Positions 9,925 to 20,358 of a stretch of DNA of 64,000 bases are shown here, piece by piece. Each line of letters begins with the position of its first letter. Position 1 is the stretch's first letter. The position numbers and the translations under genes were made by a program. The stretch comes from Candidatus Fermentibacteraceae bacterium (GTDB lineage Bacteria > Fermentibacterota > Fermentibacteria > Fermentibacterales > JCC-6), in NCBI GenBank assembly GCA_016744855.1, contig JADGDO010000001.1, forward strand, positions 256,765-320,764, written 5' to 3'. The notes below the pieces were generated by a model. It was not told the DNA's origin and ran no database searches. It saw nothing but the letters and a program-made list of their open reading frames with translations.

Positions 9925-11327
9925 TGTTTAATACCCTCCGATTCTTTCCTGGGAAACCAGAGCAGACCTGTCTCTTCAATAGTCAGTCCCTTTGTTTCAG
10001 GAAGAAGAAACACAGCGACAACAAGAAGTGCAAGAGTATCCAGCGCAAAAATAAAGAAAATAGAACCCGTATGCATCACTTCACGCATCATTGGAAAAAG
10101 CTGGGCTACAGCTGCACTTGTAAGCCAGACAAAGAGAATACACAGTGAAACGGCTTTTGCACGAAATTCACTCGGAAAGATTTCAGAAATAATAACAAAC
10201 TTCACAGGACCAATTGAAGAAGAGAAGAAGGCAACAAAAGCTATTACACAGAGTATTATCAGTATTCCTGTTTGCCCGTTAAGGTACAATAATCCAATAA
10301 GAATAAGCGACACCATTGTACCGGCTGAACCGACAATCAGCACTTTTCTGCGCCCTGATCTATCAATATAGCGCATTGCAACAAGGTTAAAAAGCAAGTT
10401 GATAATAGCAATTATGGAAAACCCGCCAAGGGCAGTACCTAGGTTCAACCCTGCCTGTTCGAAAAGCTGTGGTCCATAGTAAAGCACGACTGAAATGCCA
10501 CATGCTTCTGCAAAAATAGAGAGAAGTATTCCAAGAACCAGGGGTTTACGAATTTCTCTTGTAAAAAGAGAGCTGAATGTAGCCTTTCTCTCGGAATGAA
10601 TGCTTGAATGTATCTCAGTTGCGATAGACAATGCCTTTTCTTTCCCATTAATTCGCTCAAGAAGGGTTCTTGCCTCTTTTGCTCTGTTTCGTTGAACAAG
10701 CCAGCGTGGGCTTTCCGGAAGTGATAAAGAAAAAATCATAAATAGAGATGCAGGTATGGCTTCTGCTGTAAACATTGCTCTCCAGCTCTGATCAAGAAAG
10801 AAATGGGAAGTACAACCGATATGTGATCTGGAAACAAGGTAGATTGCCCAGTTCACAAAAACACAGAAAACAATCCCGAGACAGACAGCAAAATGATACA
10901 GAGTTACCATTTTGCCCCGTTTTTTCTCTGGTGATACTTCAGAAATGTATAAAGGACATGTTGTCGTTGCAATACCGCATCCAATTCCACCGAGTAATCT
11001 GGCAACAATTAGAAGCTCAGGTGAACTAGCCAGGCCACTCCATATTGCTGAGACGAGTATGGTAAAGGCAGAAGTAACAAGAACCCTTTTTCTGCCAAAG
11101 GAATCCAGGATGAAACCGCTGATAACAGAACCAATAGCACAGCCCCACAGAACACAGCTGACAAGAAAACCCAGTTGAAATGAGGTTAGTTCAAACTGAG
11201 ATACCACCTGAGGAATAACACCGGAAACAACAATCACATCATATCCAAATAGAAATCCTCCGAATGCAGCAATGAAACTGATATACCACAAATAACCAGA
11301 GGATTTATTTAAGAAGGAATGCTCCAT
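9921..11327 (-). CDS. MFS sugar porter family transporter (XylE/AraE-like)
   Basis: FGGFLFGYD, DSFGRK, PLYISEVSP..RG, LPESPRWL, DRSGRR, LPETKG; about 12 TM helices. Confidence 0.93.
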   Translation of the reverse strand: MEHSFLNKSSGYLWYISFIAAFGGFLFGYDVIVVSGVIPQVVSQFELTSFQLGFLVSCVLWGCAIGSVISGFILDSFGRKRVLVTSAFTILVSAIWSGLASSPELLIVARLLGGIGCGIATTTCPLYISEVSPEKKRGKMVTLYHFAVCLGIVFCVFVNWAIYLVSRSHIGCTSHFFLDQSWRAMFTAEAIPASLFMIFSLSLPESPRWLVQRNRAKEARTLLERINGKEKALSIATEIHSSIHSERKATFSSLFTREIRKPLVLGILLSIFAEACGISVVLYYGPQLFEQAGLNLGTALGGFSIIAIINLLFNLVAMRYIDRSGRRKVLIVGSAGTMVSLILIGLLYLNGQTGILIILCVIAFVAFFSSSIGPVKFVIISEIFPSEFRAKAVSLCILFVWLTSAAVAQLFPMMREVMHTGSIFFIFALDTLALLVVAVFLLPETKGLTIEETGLLWFPRKESEGIKQ

Positions 11328-11410
11328 ACTTGTTACTCCCTTTCACAAATCATACAGATTGTCTTTCAGAGTGTCTACAGTACAGAATCTCCCATTAATT
11401 AGCTATTGTT

Positions 11411-12214
11411 TTACTCGTCATGGCTGCGCCTCCAGGATACTACGGCATAGGCGTTGTGGTTGTGTATGCTTTCATGATTCTCTGCTGCAACGGTGAACTG
11501 GGTGATTCGAGGGTCATTTCTCAGTTTTTCAGCAACATTCCGTACTATGTCCTCAACGAATACGGGGTTGTTGTAAGCCTGTTCTGTAACATATTTTTCA
11601 TCGGGGCGCTTCAGTATGGTGTAAACAGGAGCAGAGGCAGAAGCTTCTGCAATGTCTACAAGTTCCTCTATCCATAGCATAGCAAATCCACCATCGGCAA
11701 GTTTTTGTGTTCTTACATCCATTGTGATATAACCACGCTGATTGTGCGCTCCTTTTTCACTGATTTCTTTACTGCAGGGACACAGTGTGCTTACAGGTAC
11801 CTTTACCCGTAGAACAAAATCATCATGGTTATCCCGGGACTCACCGGTAAAAGAACAGCTGTAACCCATTTTTGCCACAGCTCCGCTGACAGGAGCAGTT
11901 TTATTCAAAAAGTATGAGAATTCTATTATAATTTTTGCTGATTCTGCATCCAGTGCTCTTTTAAGTTCGTTCAACACTTTGGGTATTGTACTGCCGGTAA
12001 ATTTGCATCCTGAGAGCGTCAAAACCTCCAAAAATCTACTCATGTGAGTACCCTTGAAGTGATGCGGAAGGCTGACGGACATTGAAATTCTACCTATTGT
12101 AGTCTGCTCTTTATGGTCCTTGTCCAGAATTGTTATCGGGTACTCCAGATCTCTAATTCCGGCCTCCTGAAGAGCGATGTTTCTGTGGTCGGGTGTGTTC
12201 TGGATGTCTTTCAT
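11411..12214 (-). CDS. folE2: GTP cyclohydrolase IB
   Basis: KGTHMSRF, TLCPCSKEIS..GAHNQR, KRPDEKYVTE.AY.NP.FVED, ESIHNHNAYA. Confidence 0.95.
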   Translation of the reverse strand: MKDIQNTPDHRNIALQEAGIRDLEYPITILDKDHKEQTTIGRISMSVSLPHHFKGTHMSRFLEVLTLSGCKFTGSTIPKVLNELKRALDAESAKIIIEFSYFLNKTAPVSGAVAKMGYSCSFTGESRDNHDDFVLRVKVPVSTLCPCSKEISEKGAHNQRGYITMDVRTQKLADGGFAMLWIEELVDIAEASASAPVYTILKRPDEKYVTEQAYNNPVFVEDIVRNVAEKLRNDPRITQFTVAAENHESIHNHNAYAVVSWRRSHDE

Positions 12215-12564
12215 TCACTGTACCTACACCCTGTAGATTCGGTCTCTTTAACCTCGAGCATTGAAAGCTCAGGTAGCTGTGGCTTGATAGCAGTCCAGAG
12301 CCATTTTGCTATGTGCTCGCTTGTGGGGTTTTCAAGACCTCCGATATCATTAAGGTACGAGTGATCGAGTTGATCAATAATCGGTGCACATATTGATTTG
12401 ATCTCACCATAGTCTCTTACCCACCCGGTATCAGCACCCGTGGGCCCCTCAATGTGTACGAAGACTCTGAATGTATGCCCGTGAAGATTTGAGCATCTAT
12501 GACTGTCGGGAAGGTTGGGCAACCGGTGCGCGGCATCAAATTTGAATTCTCTGTATATCTCCAT
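12211..12564 (-). CDS. queD: 6-carboxy-5,6,7,8-tetrahydropterin synthase
   Basis: FDAAHRL, C.NLHGH, LDHSYLN...GLENPTSE, VKET. Confidence 0.95.
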   Translation of the reverse strand: MEIYREFKFDAAHRLPNLPDSHRCSNLHGHTFRVFVHIEGPTGADTGWVRDYGEIKSICAPIIDQLDHSYLNDIGGLENPTSEHIAKWLWTAIKPQLPELSMLEVKETESTGCRYSE

Positions 12565-12576
12565 GATTACTCCTGT

Positions 12577-13182
12577 TTATGGTATTCCAATAAATCTGTG
12601 TGTCTGTAAGCTCAATCGCCACTTAGGATTGGCAATACAGAATTCAACTGAGTTCTTCAGATGCAACTGATACTCATGGTCAAACTTGGGTTGAATCCAG
12701 AAGTGATCAAACTGTAATTGTGCAAGAGCCTCAAAATCGGTGTTCTTCTGGGGAAAGACTATTTTTATCTCATCACCAGAATTCTGGCAGGGCATCTCTC
12801 CTGCTTTGGGGCTAACGCAAATCCAGTCAATCTCTTCCGGACACTCAATCGTACCATTTGTTTCAATAGATATTCTGAATCCTCTTCTGTGAAACTCATC
12901 TATAAGAGGCTTGTCAATCTGAAGCAGAGGCTCTCCCCCGGTGCAGAGAACATTTACCCTTTCCTGCTTAGCTGTCCAGTGATCAGCTACACTCTCAGCG
13001 AGAGACTCTGGGGTTTTAAAGACGCCACCACCATCACCGTCTGTTCCCGTGAAATCGGTGTCACAGAATTCACAGTTCAAATTGCATCCCGAAAAGCGGA
13101 GAAGAACAACTGCAGTTCCGGCTTGAGCTCCCTCCCCTTGAAGAGTAAGGATAATTTCCTTAACTAAGTATTCTGAATTCAT
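12577..13182 (-). CDS. queE: 7-carboxy-7-deazaguanine synthase (radical SAM)
   Basis: TLQGEG, RFSGCNLNCEFCDT (CxxxCxxC), TGGEPLLQ, IETNGT, WICVSPK, WRLSLQTH. Confidence 0.95.
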   Translation of the reverse strand: MNSEYLVKEIILTLQGEGAQAGTAVVLLRFSGCNLNCEFCDTDFTGTDGDGGGVFKTPESLAESVADHWTAKQERVNVLCTGGEPLLQIDKPLIDEFHRRGFRISIETNGTIECPEEIDWICVSPKAGEMPCQNSGDEIKIVFPQKNTDFEALAQLQFDHFWIQPKFDHEYQLHLKNSVEFCIANPKWRLSLQTHRFIGIP

Positions 13183-13868
13183 TTCTCTCTCTGCCTATAC
13201 TTAGCTGGGTCGGTTAGTCTGTTGGTTTTGAAGCCCTGGAGCCTTAGAGTGCAGGCATCGCAGAGACCGCAACTCAGCCCATTGCTGTCTGGTTGATAGC
13301 AACTCATTGTCATTCCGTAATCCACTCCAATCTCGGTTCCCTTTTTAATAATCTCTGCTTTGGTCAGGTAGAGAAGAGGGGCTTCGATAACGGGAGGTTT
13401 ACCGTTCACAGCATCCCGGGTGGCAAGATTTGCAAGATTCTGAAAGGCTTTTATGAATTCCGGTCTGCAATCAGGGTATCCACTGTAATCAACAGAGTTA
13501 ACGCCGATGTAAATGCGTTCAGCCCCTCTTGATTCTGCTATACCAAGAGCAATGGAGAGGAAAATTGTATTTCTTGCAGGGACATAAGTGGAAGGTATCT
13601 CTTTTTCGATCTCAGTTCTGTTCTCTGGTACCGCGCTACCCCCTGTTAAGGATGAGCCCTTAAAGGGTTCCGGGTCCAGGTCAATAATAATATGCTCTTT
13701 TGCGTCGTAGTACTTCGCGATTACTTCAGCTCTCTCCAGCTCCAGTGTATGCTTCTGCCCGTACCTGAATGAGAGTGCTGTAACATCAAAATGCTTGACA
13801 GCCATTGCAAGTACTGTTGTAGAGTCCAAGCCACCGCTTAAAAGAACTATTGCTTTTTGTCTGCTCAT
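13179..13868 (-). CDS. queC: 7-cyano-7-deazaguanine synthase
   Basis: LLSGGLDSTT, YGQKH..E, TYVPARN, DYSGYPDCR, SCY...CGLCDAC.LR. Confidence 0.96.
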   Translation of the reverse strand: MSRQKAIVLLSGGLDSTTVLAMAVKHFDVTALSFRYGQKHTLELERAEVIAKYYDAKEHIIIDLDPEPFKGSSLTGGSAVPENRTEIEKEIPSTYVPARNTIFLSIALGIAESRGAERIYIGVNSVDYSGYPDCRPEFIKAFQNLANLATRDAVNGKPPVIEAPLLYLTKAEIIKKGTEIGVDYGMTMSCYQPDSNGLSCGLCDACTLRLQGFKTNRLTDPAKYRQREK

Positions 13869-15130
13869 TAGACTACTATTTTCATTTCTTTGATTTTAGT
13901 TAAAAGAGTTCTGTAACTGACTCCAAGAATCTCAGAAGCTTTCTTGCGGTTGCCACCGGTCTCAGCAAGTGCTGATGAAATCAGTGCTTTTTCTCTACTT
14001 CTTGCTGCATGTGCTGCCTGCTCTACAAGCGAGCCTTCCTGGATTGAGTCAGGGAATTCGAGGCATTTGGAAGTAATTTTTCCACTGACTGAATTGACAC
14101 ATGCTCGTCTAATGAGATTCTTTAACTCTCTGATATTGCCCGGCCAGCTGTAAGTGTGGATAGAATGAAGAGCATCCTGCGTAAAGAGTTCGCCAGCATA
14201 GAGATTAAGATAGTGCTCTGCAATCAGTCTTATATCATCTCCTCTTTCTCGAAGTGGCGGCAATTGTACCGGGTACTCACTAATTCTGTAGAAGAGATCC
14301 TCTCTGAAGAGTTTTCTCTCAACCATCTGGCGCAAATCTCTGTTGCTGGCAGCAATCACCAGGGCATCTGATTTAAGCTCATTTGTACCACCAACAGAAT
14401 GATAGGTGCCAGATTCGAGAACCCTAAGAAGTTTTCCCTGGAGCGAAAGGTCGAGATCAGCGATCTCGTCTAGGAAGATGGAACCTCCATTTGCAATGGT
14501 GAATCTTCCGGGACGGGCCTCTGTTGAGCCTGTATAGGCACCTTTTTCAGCACCGAAAAGTTCGCTCTCCATGAGATTTTCAGGTATTGCTGCACAGTTC
14601 ACTGGAACAAACGGTCCATTTTCTCTGCCGCTGCAGCTGTGAATTCGTCTTGCGAGCAGTTCCTTACCGGTTCCGCTTTCACCGAGGATAAGAATGTTCA
14701 TTCCGCTTGGGGCAGCTCTTTCGGCTCTGCCAAGTGATTCAAGATAAGCTGATGATCTGCCCAACATTGAATCAGAGCTGTGAGAAGATGCTGATGATAG
14801 TTTTTCAAGAAGTTCATCAAGCTTAAAAGGCTTACTGATAAAATCTGCAGCACCTTTTTTCATGGCATCCACAGCCATATCGATAGTACCGAAGGCAGTC
14901 ATCACTATAACAGGGGTGTCGGAAGGTGTATTTTCCAGAACATCTATGCCATTGTATCTGCCCGGTATGCATACATCAGTAAGAACTGCACTGAAAGAAT
15001 TAGCTTCTATTTGTTTCAATGCGGAATCTCCATCAGGAACTGCAGTGACATGCCATCCATCTTCGGTAAGAGCAGTAGAGAGCATTACTCTCATCCCTCT
15101 CTTGTCTTCGACTAGAAGTATGTTTTTCAT
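13868..15130 (-). CDS. Sigma-54-dependent NtrC-family response regulator (REC-AAA+-HTH Fis)
   Basis: REC; GESGTGKE; VNCAAIP..LMESELFG; GAYTGS loop; FLDEI; WPGNIRELKN; C-terminal HTH. Confidence 0.93.
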   Translation of the reverse strand: MKNILLVEDKRGMRVMLSTALTEDGWHVTAVPDGDSALKQIEANSFSAVLTDVCIPGRYNGIDVLENTPSDTPVIVMTAFGTIDMAVDAMKKGAADFISKPFKLDELLEKLSSASSHSSDSMLGRSSAYLESLGRAERAAPSGMNILILGESGTGKELLARRIHSCSGRENGPFVPVNCAAIPENLMESELFGAEKGAYTGSTEARPGRFTIANGGSIFLDEIADLDLSLQGKLLRVLESGTYHSVGGTNELKSDALVIAASNRDLRQMVERKLFREDLFYRISEYPVQLPPLRERGDDIRLIAEHYLNLYAGELFTQDALHSIHTYSWPGNIRELKNLIRRACVNSVSGKITSKCLEFPDSIQEGSLVEQAAHAARSREKALISSALAETGGNRKKASEILGVSYRTLLTKIKEMKIVV

Positions 15131-16761
15131 CAACTACTCTCCAGATAGGGGATAGTTACGGTAAATACTGCTCCTCCGTCTTCCCTGTTTGCAGCCTTGA
15201 TTGATCCGCCCATTGCTCTAACAAGTCTTCTTGTTATTGTGAGGCCTAAGCCCATTCCTCCCTCAGCTTCTGCGGTAGTATACATTGGTCTGAATACGAT
15301 GTCCGGCGGTTCAGGTAGACCGGGCCCACGGTCGCGAACACTGAAGACGAGCGCATCATCATTAGAAGAATTATAAGCTACAACATCTATTGCAACTTCC
15401 GCAGAAAATCTAAAGGCATTTGATAAGAGGTTTTCCATTATTCTGGTAATCAGTATCTCGCCGCCGGGTATGGATAGATCAGGTTCCCTTTCTAATTTGT
15501 CTGCTATTTTACAGTTTACCGATTGGCTCTCTGATATGGAAGCAATAAGGGAAACGGCTGTTTCTGATGTTATGGTACTTTCGATGGAATTCTGCTGTGC
15601 GAGGTTTCTGAATGCTTCAACCATTTTTCTGGCAGAATCAAGCTCCAGGCCGGCCTCGTCGAGGATACCCCTTGTGCGTTCAGACTCCCCTCCCCTTCCA
15701 AGAAGTTCTAGAAATCCACCAAGGGCGCAGAGAGCATTGCCGATTTCATGGGCAACCCCTCCTGAAAGAGCGCCAAGATCTGCTAAAGCACTCTCTTCTG
15801 AAAGGCGTCTTTCAAGCATTACGGAAGCAGTCACATCTGTTACCAGGATGATTCGTTCATCATTTTCACCGGGAGTAATCTTAAATCTGAAGATTCTTCC
15901 ATTGTCTTCGCCATCCCATTCTGTTACACCCTTTTCCAGAAAAGGAGCCAGATTATCATTTAAACTTTCAGTGCTGCTTGATCCCGCTTTAAAATGAAAC
16001 ATCTCTGAAGCCTGCTTGTTCCAGAGAGAAGGTATCCCACCTGAATCAAGAACCATCACAGAAGAGCCCATGGCCTCTAAGACTGAACCTGATCTAGACT
16101 CTGCAGTCTGTGCGCGATTCAATGCTTCAACCCTTAACTCATCAAGCTGCGCGTCCCTTCTACCAAGAAGATGTACAAGCTTATGAAAGGAAGCATTGGC
16201 AGTTATTGCATTGCTCCCACCGCCGCTTTCGAACCGATCTGCCTCGCCTAAAATGCCCCTTAAAGGGTCAAGAACTGTTCTTCTCAGGAAAGAGGGCACC
16301 AGTATTGCAACAACCGTCAACACTGCTGCAAAAAGAGCAAAGAGGAAAAGAATAATCCTGCTCTCTCCAAGGATTGAAGGCATTTCCATAAACAGAGAAA
16401 CTCTGTATCCATCAGCTGAGGTGTAGGTTATTCGCTGTGCACTATCAAAGTCTTCCAGGCTAATCGAAGGATATGCAAGAACATTATCATCATCAGAAAC
16501 AATTACCGCAGCGGTAACACCGCCTCCCGGAATAGATGAGCTTACAACAGATTCAAGAGAGCTTTGGGTAGGTCTTACTCCCAAAGCATGAGCTATGTAC
16601 TCTGCCCTTGCGTAAGAGGCAGATTCCAATGTGGTACGAGCATCTGAAACTACCAACCAGAGCACAAGGAATGCTACCACCGCTGCGAGAGCCGAAGCTC
16701 CCGTGACAAGGGCGGTAAGACCCTCTACACCTAGAACAAATTGTTTACCACTCTCTTTCAT
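15130..16761 (-). CDS. Membrane sensor histidine kinase (partner of the NtrC-family regulator)
   Basis: Two TM helices; GGVAHEIGN; ENLLSNA; DRGPG; GMGLGL. The stop overlaps the regulator start. Confidence 0.88.
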   Translation of the reverse strand: MKESGKQFVLGVEGLTALVTGASALAAVVAFLVLWLVVSDARTTLESASYARAEYIAHALGVRPTQSSLESVVSSSIPGGGVTAAVIVSDDDNVLAYPSISLEDFDSAQRITYTSADGYRVSLFMEMPSILGESRIILFLFALFAAVLTVVAILVPSFLRRTVLDPLRGILGEADRFESGGGSNAITANASFHKLVHLLGRRDAQLDELRVEALNRAQTAESRSGSVLEAMGSSVMVLDSGGIPSLWNKQASEMFHFKAGSSSTESLNDNLAPFLEKGVTEWDGEDNGRIFRFKITPGENDERIILVTDVTASVMLERRLSEESALADLGALSGGVAHEIGNALCALGGFLELLGRGGESERTRGILDEAGLELDSARKMVEAFRNLAQQNSIESTITSETAVSLIASISESQSVNCKIADKLEREPDLSIPGGEILITRIMENLLSNAFRFSAEVAIDVVAYNSSNDDALVFSVRDRGPGLPEPPDIVFRPMYTTAEAEGGMGLGLTITRRLVRAMGGSIKAANREDGGAVFTVTIPYLESS

Positions 16762-17585
16762 TGGAGACCTTTTCTAAATTTAAGATAGTCCCGGTAACCG
16801 CAAGTAAAGGCTTTGTTGTTATGTAGCAATGCTGCAATGTAATGCAACGGCAGCCAAAAAGCCCTCTCCAGCTCTTGCTTCAGTGAGTCACAATTCTCGT
16901 CCATGAATATAAATCTGTTACGTTCTCTAAGAGTTTCAGCTGCGAGAGAGGCTCCCATTGTCGCAGCATGTATATGACGTACAGTAATCTCAGGACATCT
17001 TTTCATCTTGTATCCGGCTTTTTGCATTCTTACACCTAGATCTGTATCCTCCCAGTAGATTGGCGCATAGAGGGTGCTTAGCCCACCTAGTTCCTTCCAT
17101 ATATGCTTCTTCCAAAGTGCACATGCCCCTGAAGGATATTCCTCGCCCTCAACGTCCTCACCTGTAACTGCGAGACCATTACGAAAACACCACTTGTAGT
17201 GGCTGTCATCGGAGCCGTCCGGTCTAATTATTGAGGGAACAGCGACACCCACATCGGAGCCGGACTTATCAAGTGCTGAAACTAATTGTTTGAAAGAGTC
17301 AGCTTCTGGAATAGTATCGTTATTCAGAAGCATCAGATACTCGCTTTCAGCCTCTTCCATTCCCAGGTTTACAGCATAGCAGAAACCGGGGTTCTGCTTT
17401 CTGGATAAAAGAACAACGTCAGGGAATAGTTTGGGGATAACTTTCAAAGTATCGTCATCAGAGCAGTCATCAACAACAATAATCTCTCCACCAGCGTTCA
17501 GGGTTTCTTCTATAATTGCGGGAAGGAATTCCCTGAGAATCTTTAGCCCGTTTTTAGAGGGAATGATAACTGAGAGCTTATTCAT
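16758..17585 (-). CDS. Glycosyltransferase family 2
   Basis: LSVIIP, VVDDCSDD, GFCYAVNLG, LLNNDT, YWEDTDL. Confidence 0.9.
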   Translation of the reverse strand: MNKLSVIIPSKNGLKILREFLPAIIEETLNAGGEIIVVDDCSDDDTLKVIPKLFPDVVLLSRKQNPGFCYAVNLGMEEAESEYLMLLNNDTIPEADSFKQLVSALDKSGSDVGVAVPSIIRPDGSDDSHYKWCFRNGLAVTGEDVEGEEYPSGACALWKKHIWKELGGLSTLYAPIYWEDTDLGVRMQKAGYKMKRCPEITVRHIHAATMGASLAAETLRERNRFIFMDENCDSLKQELERAFWLPLHYIAALLHNNKAFTCGYRDYLKFRKGLQ

Positions 17586-19582
17586 TGAAGTAGGTTTCCT
17601 TTTGAAATGTCGATTCTATCAATGTAAACAGGTGGTCCGCTGTGATGCTGAATAAGTAAAGTACCACTTTCAGTATCAATGCTGTCGAGAGGAATCGAAA
17701 AAGTTTGAATCAACCTGTTTTCAGGCCAGTCAGGCAGCATTCGTCTTTCTTCTCTCATTAAGTGAAAAGGTGCAGGCATTTCAATAAGAGGTGTTTCTAC
17801 AGGGATCAGTCTGGATCCGACAGAGAGAAAACCTCCCCCCCCAGACATCTCTAGATAAATGGTGTCACCCGTTTCCACTTCCGGCAATAGGATTGTCTGC
17901 CCCGGTTCTTTTAGTTCGAGCAATCTCTCCCTGCTGTTGAACCAAAAGTATCTTTCGGTAGGATCTGGACTTCGAGGATAGAGAGAAACTCCCTGTGCAA
18001 TATGCGCAGGAAGGTCTTCGGCCTCGTATCCAGTTGGATGAAGCCCCAGAGCAAAAATTACTGCGAAGATGATAACAAAAGAAAGCACTCTGTACTTTTC
18101 CAGGCTTCTAAAAACGAAAAGCATGGAAAGAACAAAGAAGATAGCTGCACAGAGTTGCAACGGATCACTCCTGACCATAGAAAATCCACTTACAACTCCC
18201 AGAAGTGTCAGAATGCTGTCCGATCCATCGGCGTAGTTGTATCTGCAGAAAGGAGAAGCAACAACGATAGCTGAAATGGCAATTGAAATAATGATTAGAA
18301 GCTTTGATTCCTTCTCTTTCCAGACATGGACCAGTCCTGAAGCGAAGAGAGGGAGCATGGGAAGAAACATCCGCCCTGCAGGAGCGGGAAGACCATGCCA
18401 GGAAGAACCGGACCACAACACAAGAAAAAGCCAGTAGAGAACTGAGGGAATGAAAAGTCTCTTAAATCTTTTCGGTTGCTTTTTCCTGACGATAACGAGT
18501 CCTGCTATGGCTGCAATCACCCAGGGTGCTCTGAAAATCAGGCCGGCTTCAGGGTCAAACAAGCTCCAGCCGGCATGTGCTAGAGTTTCAAGGGGTCTGC
18601 TGAATAAGTTCATGCGGATAAGGTTGACCGCTCCTATGTTTCCATATCTGCTCCAGAAAACAATTCCGTTCAAAATGTACCTATCAATGACGAGAAGAAT
18701 AAACCCTGATCCGATCCATATCAAAGGAACAAGCCATTTCTTCTTACCAGCCGTCATACAGGCATATTCTGCTACAATTATTCCAGCAGCAAGCCCTATA
18801 TACCTCATTTTCAGAGCAACAAGAGTGAGGGCGATCAAAAACCTCAGAAGAGAAAACTTCTTACCCTCCGGCAGAAGAACACCGAGTGTAAACAAACCAA
18901 GAGCAAGCCAACCGGTCATAGCAAGACCAAGTATCCCGAAGCCGGGATACAACAGTGCTGCGGTTACTGCAATTCCAGGATTGGTAAGCTTTGAGAGTAA
19001 CAGAACCGCTAGAAGAGAGATGATTACGGGAATAATTCTTAGACCTAAATCACCCGCTAACAAGCCTGGAGAAATAAGAAGAGGAAAAAGTGGTGTGTGG
19101 TGCCCTTCTGTTGAGCTAATATCTCCAGATCGAAAACGAGTTTCAGAAAAGCGCTCGCTGGAAATACCGGACAAATTGGATGCCTGTTCTGCAAATCTCA
19201 CCTCATCACCATTTATTTCAGCTGTAATAAGAGATAGAAAAAGCAGGGGGAGGAGGGCTCTTATAACTCCGGAATTGTTTTTAGCTATGCTGATTCCCCA
19301 TGCAATTAGACCTGCAACAGGAATAGCAGCAGCAATAATCCACGCTTCCGGATGCAGCATCCAGAGCCAACTGCCCGTAGTGAAACTTAAAGTCATCGGG
19401 ATGAACCATACTTGGCGTTGACTCCTACCGTTCAGGATCGAAGCAAGTAACCAGGCAAGAGGAATGAAAAGCCCTGCAAAACCGGGAATAGGCATTCCGG
19501 CAAGACGCCATACAGCGTATATCCAAATTGCGAACAGCGCCATTAACAGAGAATGTCGATAGGCACGAATTGTATTTCTCAC
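17582..19582 (-). CDS. Polytopic membrane protein, possibly a GT-C-fold glycosyltransferase
   Basis: Many TM helices; early loop GDE...HTPLFPLLISP; LFDPEAGL; GRMFLP; soluble C-terminal domain; lies within the GT cluster. Confidence 0.5.
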   Translation of the reverse strand: MRNTIRAYRHSLLMALFAIWIYAVWRLAGMPIPGFAGLFIPLAWLLASILNGRSQRQVWFIPMTLSFTTGSWLWMLHPEAWIIAAAIPVAGLIAWGISIAKNNSGVIRALLPLLFLSLITAEINGDEVRFAEQASNLSGISSERFSETRFRSGDISSTEGHHTPLFPLLISPGLLAGDLGLRIIPVIISLLAVLLLSKLTNPGIAVTAALLYPGFGILGLAMTGWLALGLFTLGVLLPEGKKFSLLRFLIALTLVALKMRYIGLAAGIIVAEYACMTAGKKKWLVPLIWIGSGFILLVIDRYILNGIVFWSRYGNIGAVNLIRMNLFSRPLETLAHAGWSLFDPEAGLIFRAPWVIAAIAGLVIVRKKQPKRFKRLFIPSVLYWLFLVLWSGSSWHGLPAPAGRMFLPMLPLFASGLVHVWKEKESKLLIIISIAISAIVVASPFCRYNYADGSDSILTLLGVVSGFSMVRSDPLQLCAAIFFVLSMLFVFRSLEKYRVLSFVIIFAVIFALGLHPTGYEAEDLPAHIAQGVSLYPRSPDPTERYFWFNSRERLLELKEPGQTILLPEVETGDTIYLEMSGGGGFLSVGSRLIPVETPLIEMPAPFHLMREERRMLPDWPENRLIQTFSIPLDSIDTESGTLLIQHHSGPPVYIDRIDISKGNLLQ

Positions 19583-20358
19583 AATCGTTCCCCCCCGGCT
19601 GTTGCATGAATCACTGAATGATTAAATGGTCGAAAATCTCTCATTAGTGTCAGTGCAAGCGTGTCTCCGGGAGTCATTGTAAAACTGAGAGTATCAGTTC
19701 CGGACGGAAGCAGAAGCATTTCTTCTCCCAGACGAACAGCAAAGAGAGGAATACTGTCTCTGACACCTCCTGCTTCAAGGGCAATCCAGACCGCCCAGAC
19801 TCCCTGTTTCGGAGCAGCTAGAAGCACTTCTGGTCTCGAAGTGTTCACCTCTGGTATGTTGTAAGAGATGATTCCTGAATCAATTGTTGAACCTGCTATG
19901 CATGCATTTTCCCTTGGTGGTTGCGGTAGGCCTGTAAAAAATGCTGAAAGAACAAAACCCGCAGCAATCAGAAGGTATTTGAATCGGTTTCTACCCAGCA
20001 GTACACCCATTGCACCCACAACAGCAAGTGGTATTGAAAATGACACCGGAACAAGCCACAGAACGGAGGCAAGTGCGGTGAAGGCTGTTACCCTTTCCCT
20101 CGTGTGTCCTCCCGATACACATAGAGGAAGAGATGCGGTAAGTATAGCCCACGGCATAAGAACAGGAGATGATACAGCAAGGAGAGAAGAAAGCAGTACG
20201 AAGGGAAAATACGGAGAACTGAGTGTAAATGAGAGAAGGGTAAAAAGAGCAATTAAGGGTATTGTTTCAACAGAAAAACCTCTGAAAAGGTTAACTGCCG
20301 CCCAGAGTGCATAACCGGCAAGAAGAACAGCCGGTTCTCTTTTATCTTTTATAATCAT
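19579..20358 (-). CDS. Membrane protein of unknown function
   Basis: Hydrophobic N-terminal half and soluble C-terminal half; translationally coupled on both sides. Confidence 0.6.
   Translation of the reverse strand: MIIKDKREPAVLLAGYALWAAVNLFRGFSVETIPLIALFTLLSFTLSSPYFPFVLLSSLLAVSSPVLMPWAILTASLPLCVSGGHTRERVTAFTALASVLWLVPVSFSIPLAVVGAMGVLLGRNRFKYLLIAAGFVLSAFFTGLPQPPRENACIAGSTIDSGIISYNIPEVNTSRPEVLLAAPKQGVWAVWIALEAGGVRDSIPLFAVRLGEEMLLLPSGTDTLSFTMTPGDTLALTLMRDFRPFNHSVIHATAGGERL

Noticed and set aside
11411..13868. preQ0 genes as a 7-deazaguanine DNA-modification (dpd) or phage island
   Set aside because: No dpdA/tgt paralogue, helicases or mobility genes; queF nearby points to ordinary tRNA queuosine synthesis.
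18450..19421. 323-aa plus-strand ORF
   Set aside because: It is the antisense shadow of a hydrophobic membrane-protein gene that is coupled within its operon; no motifs.
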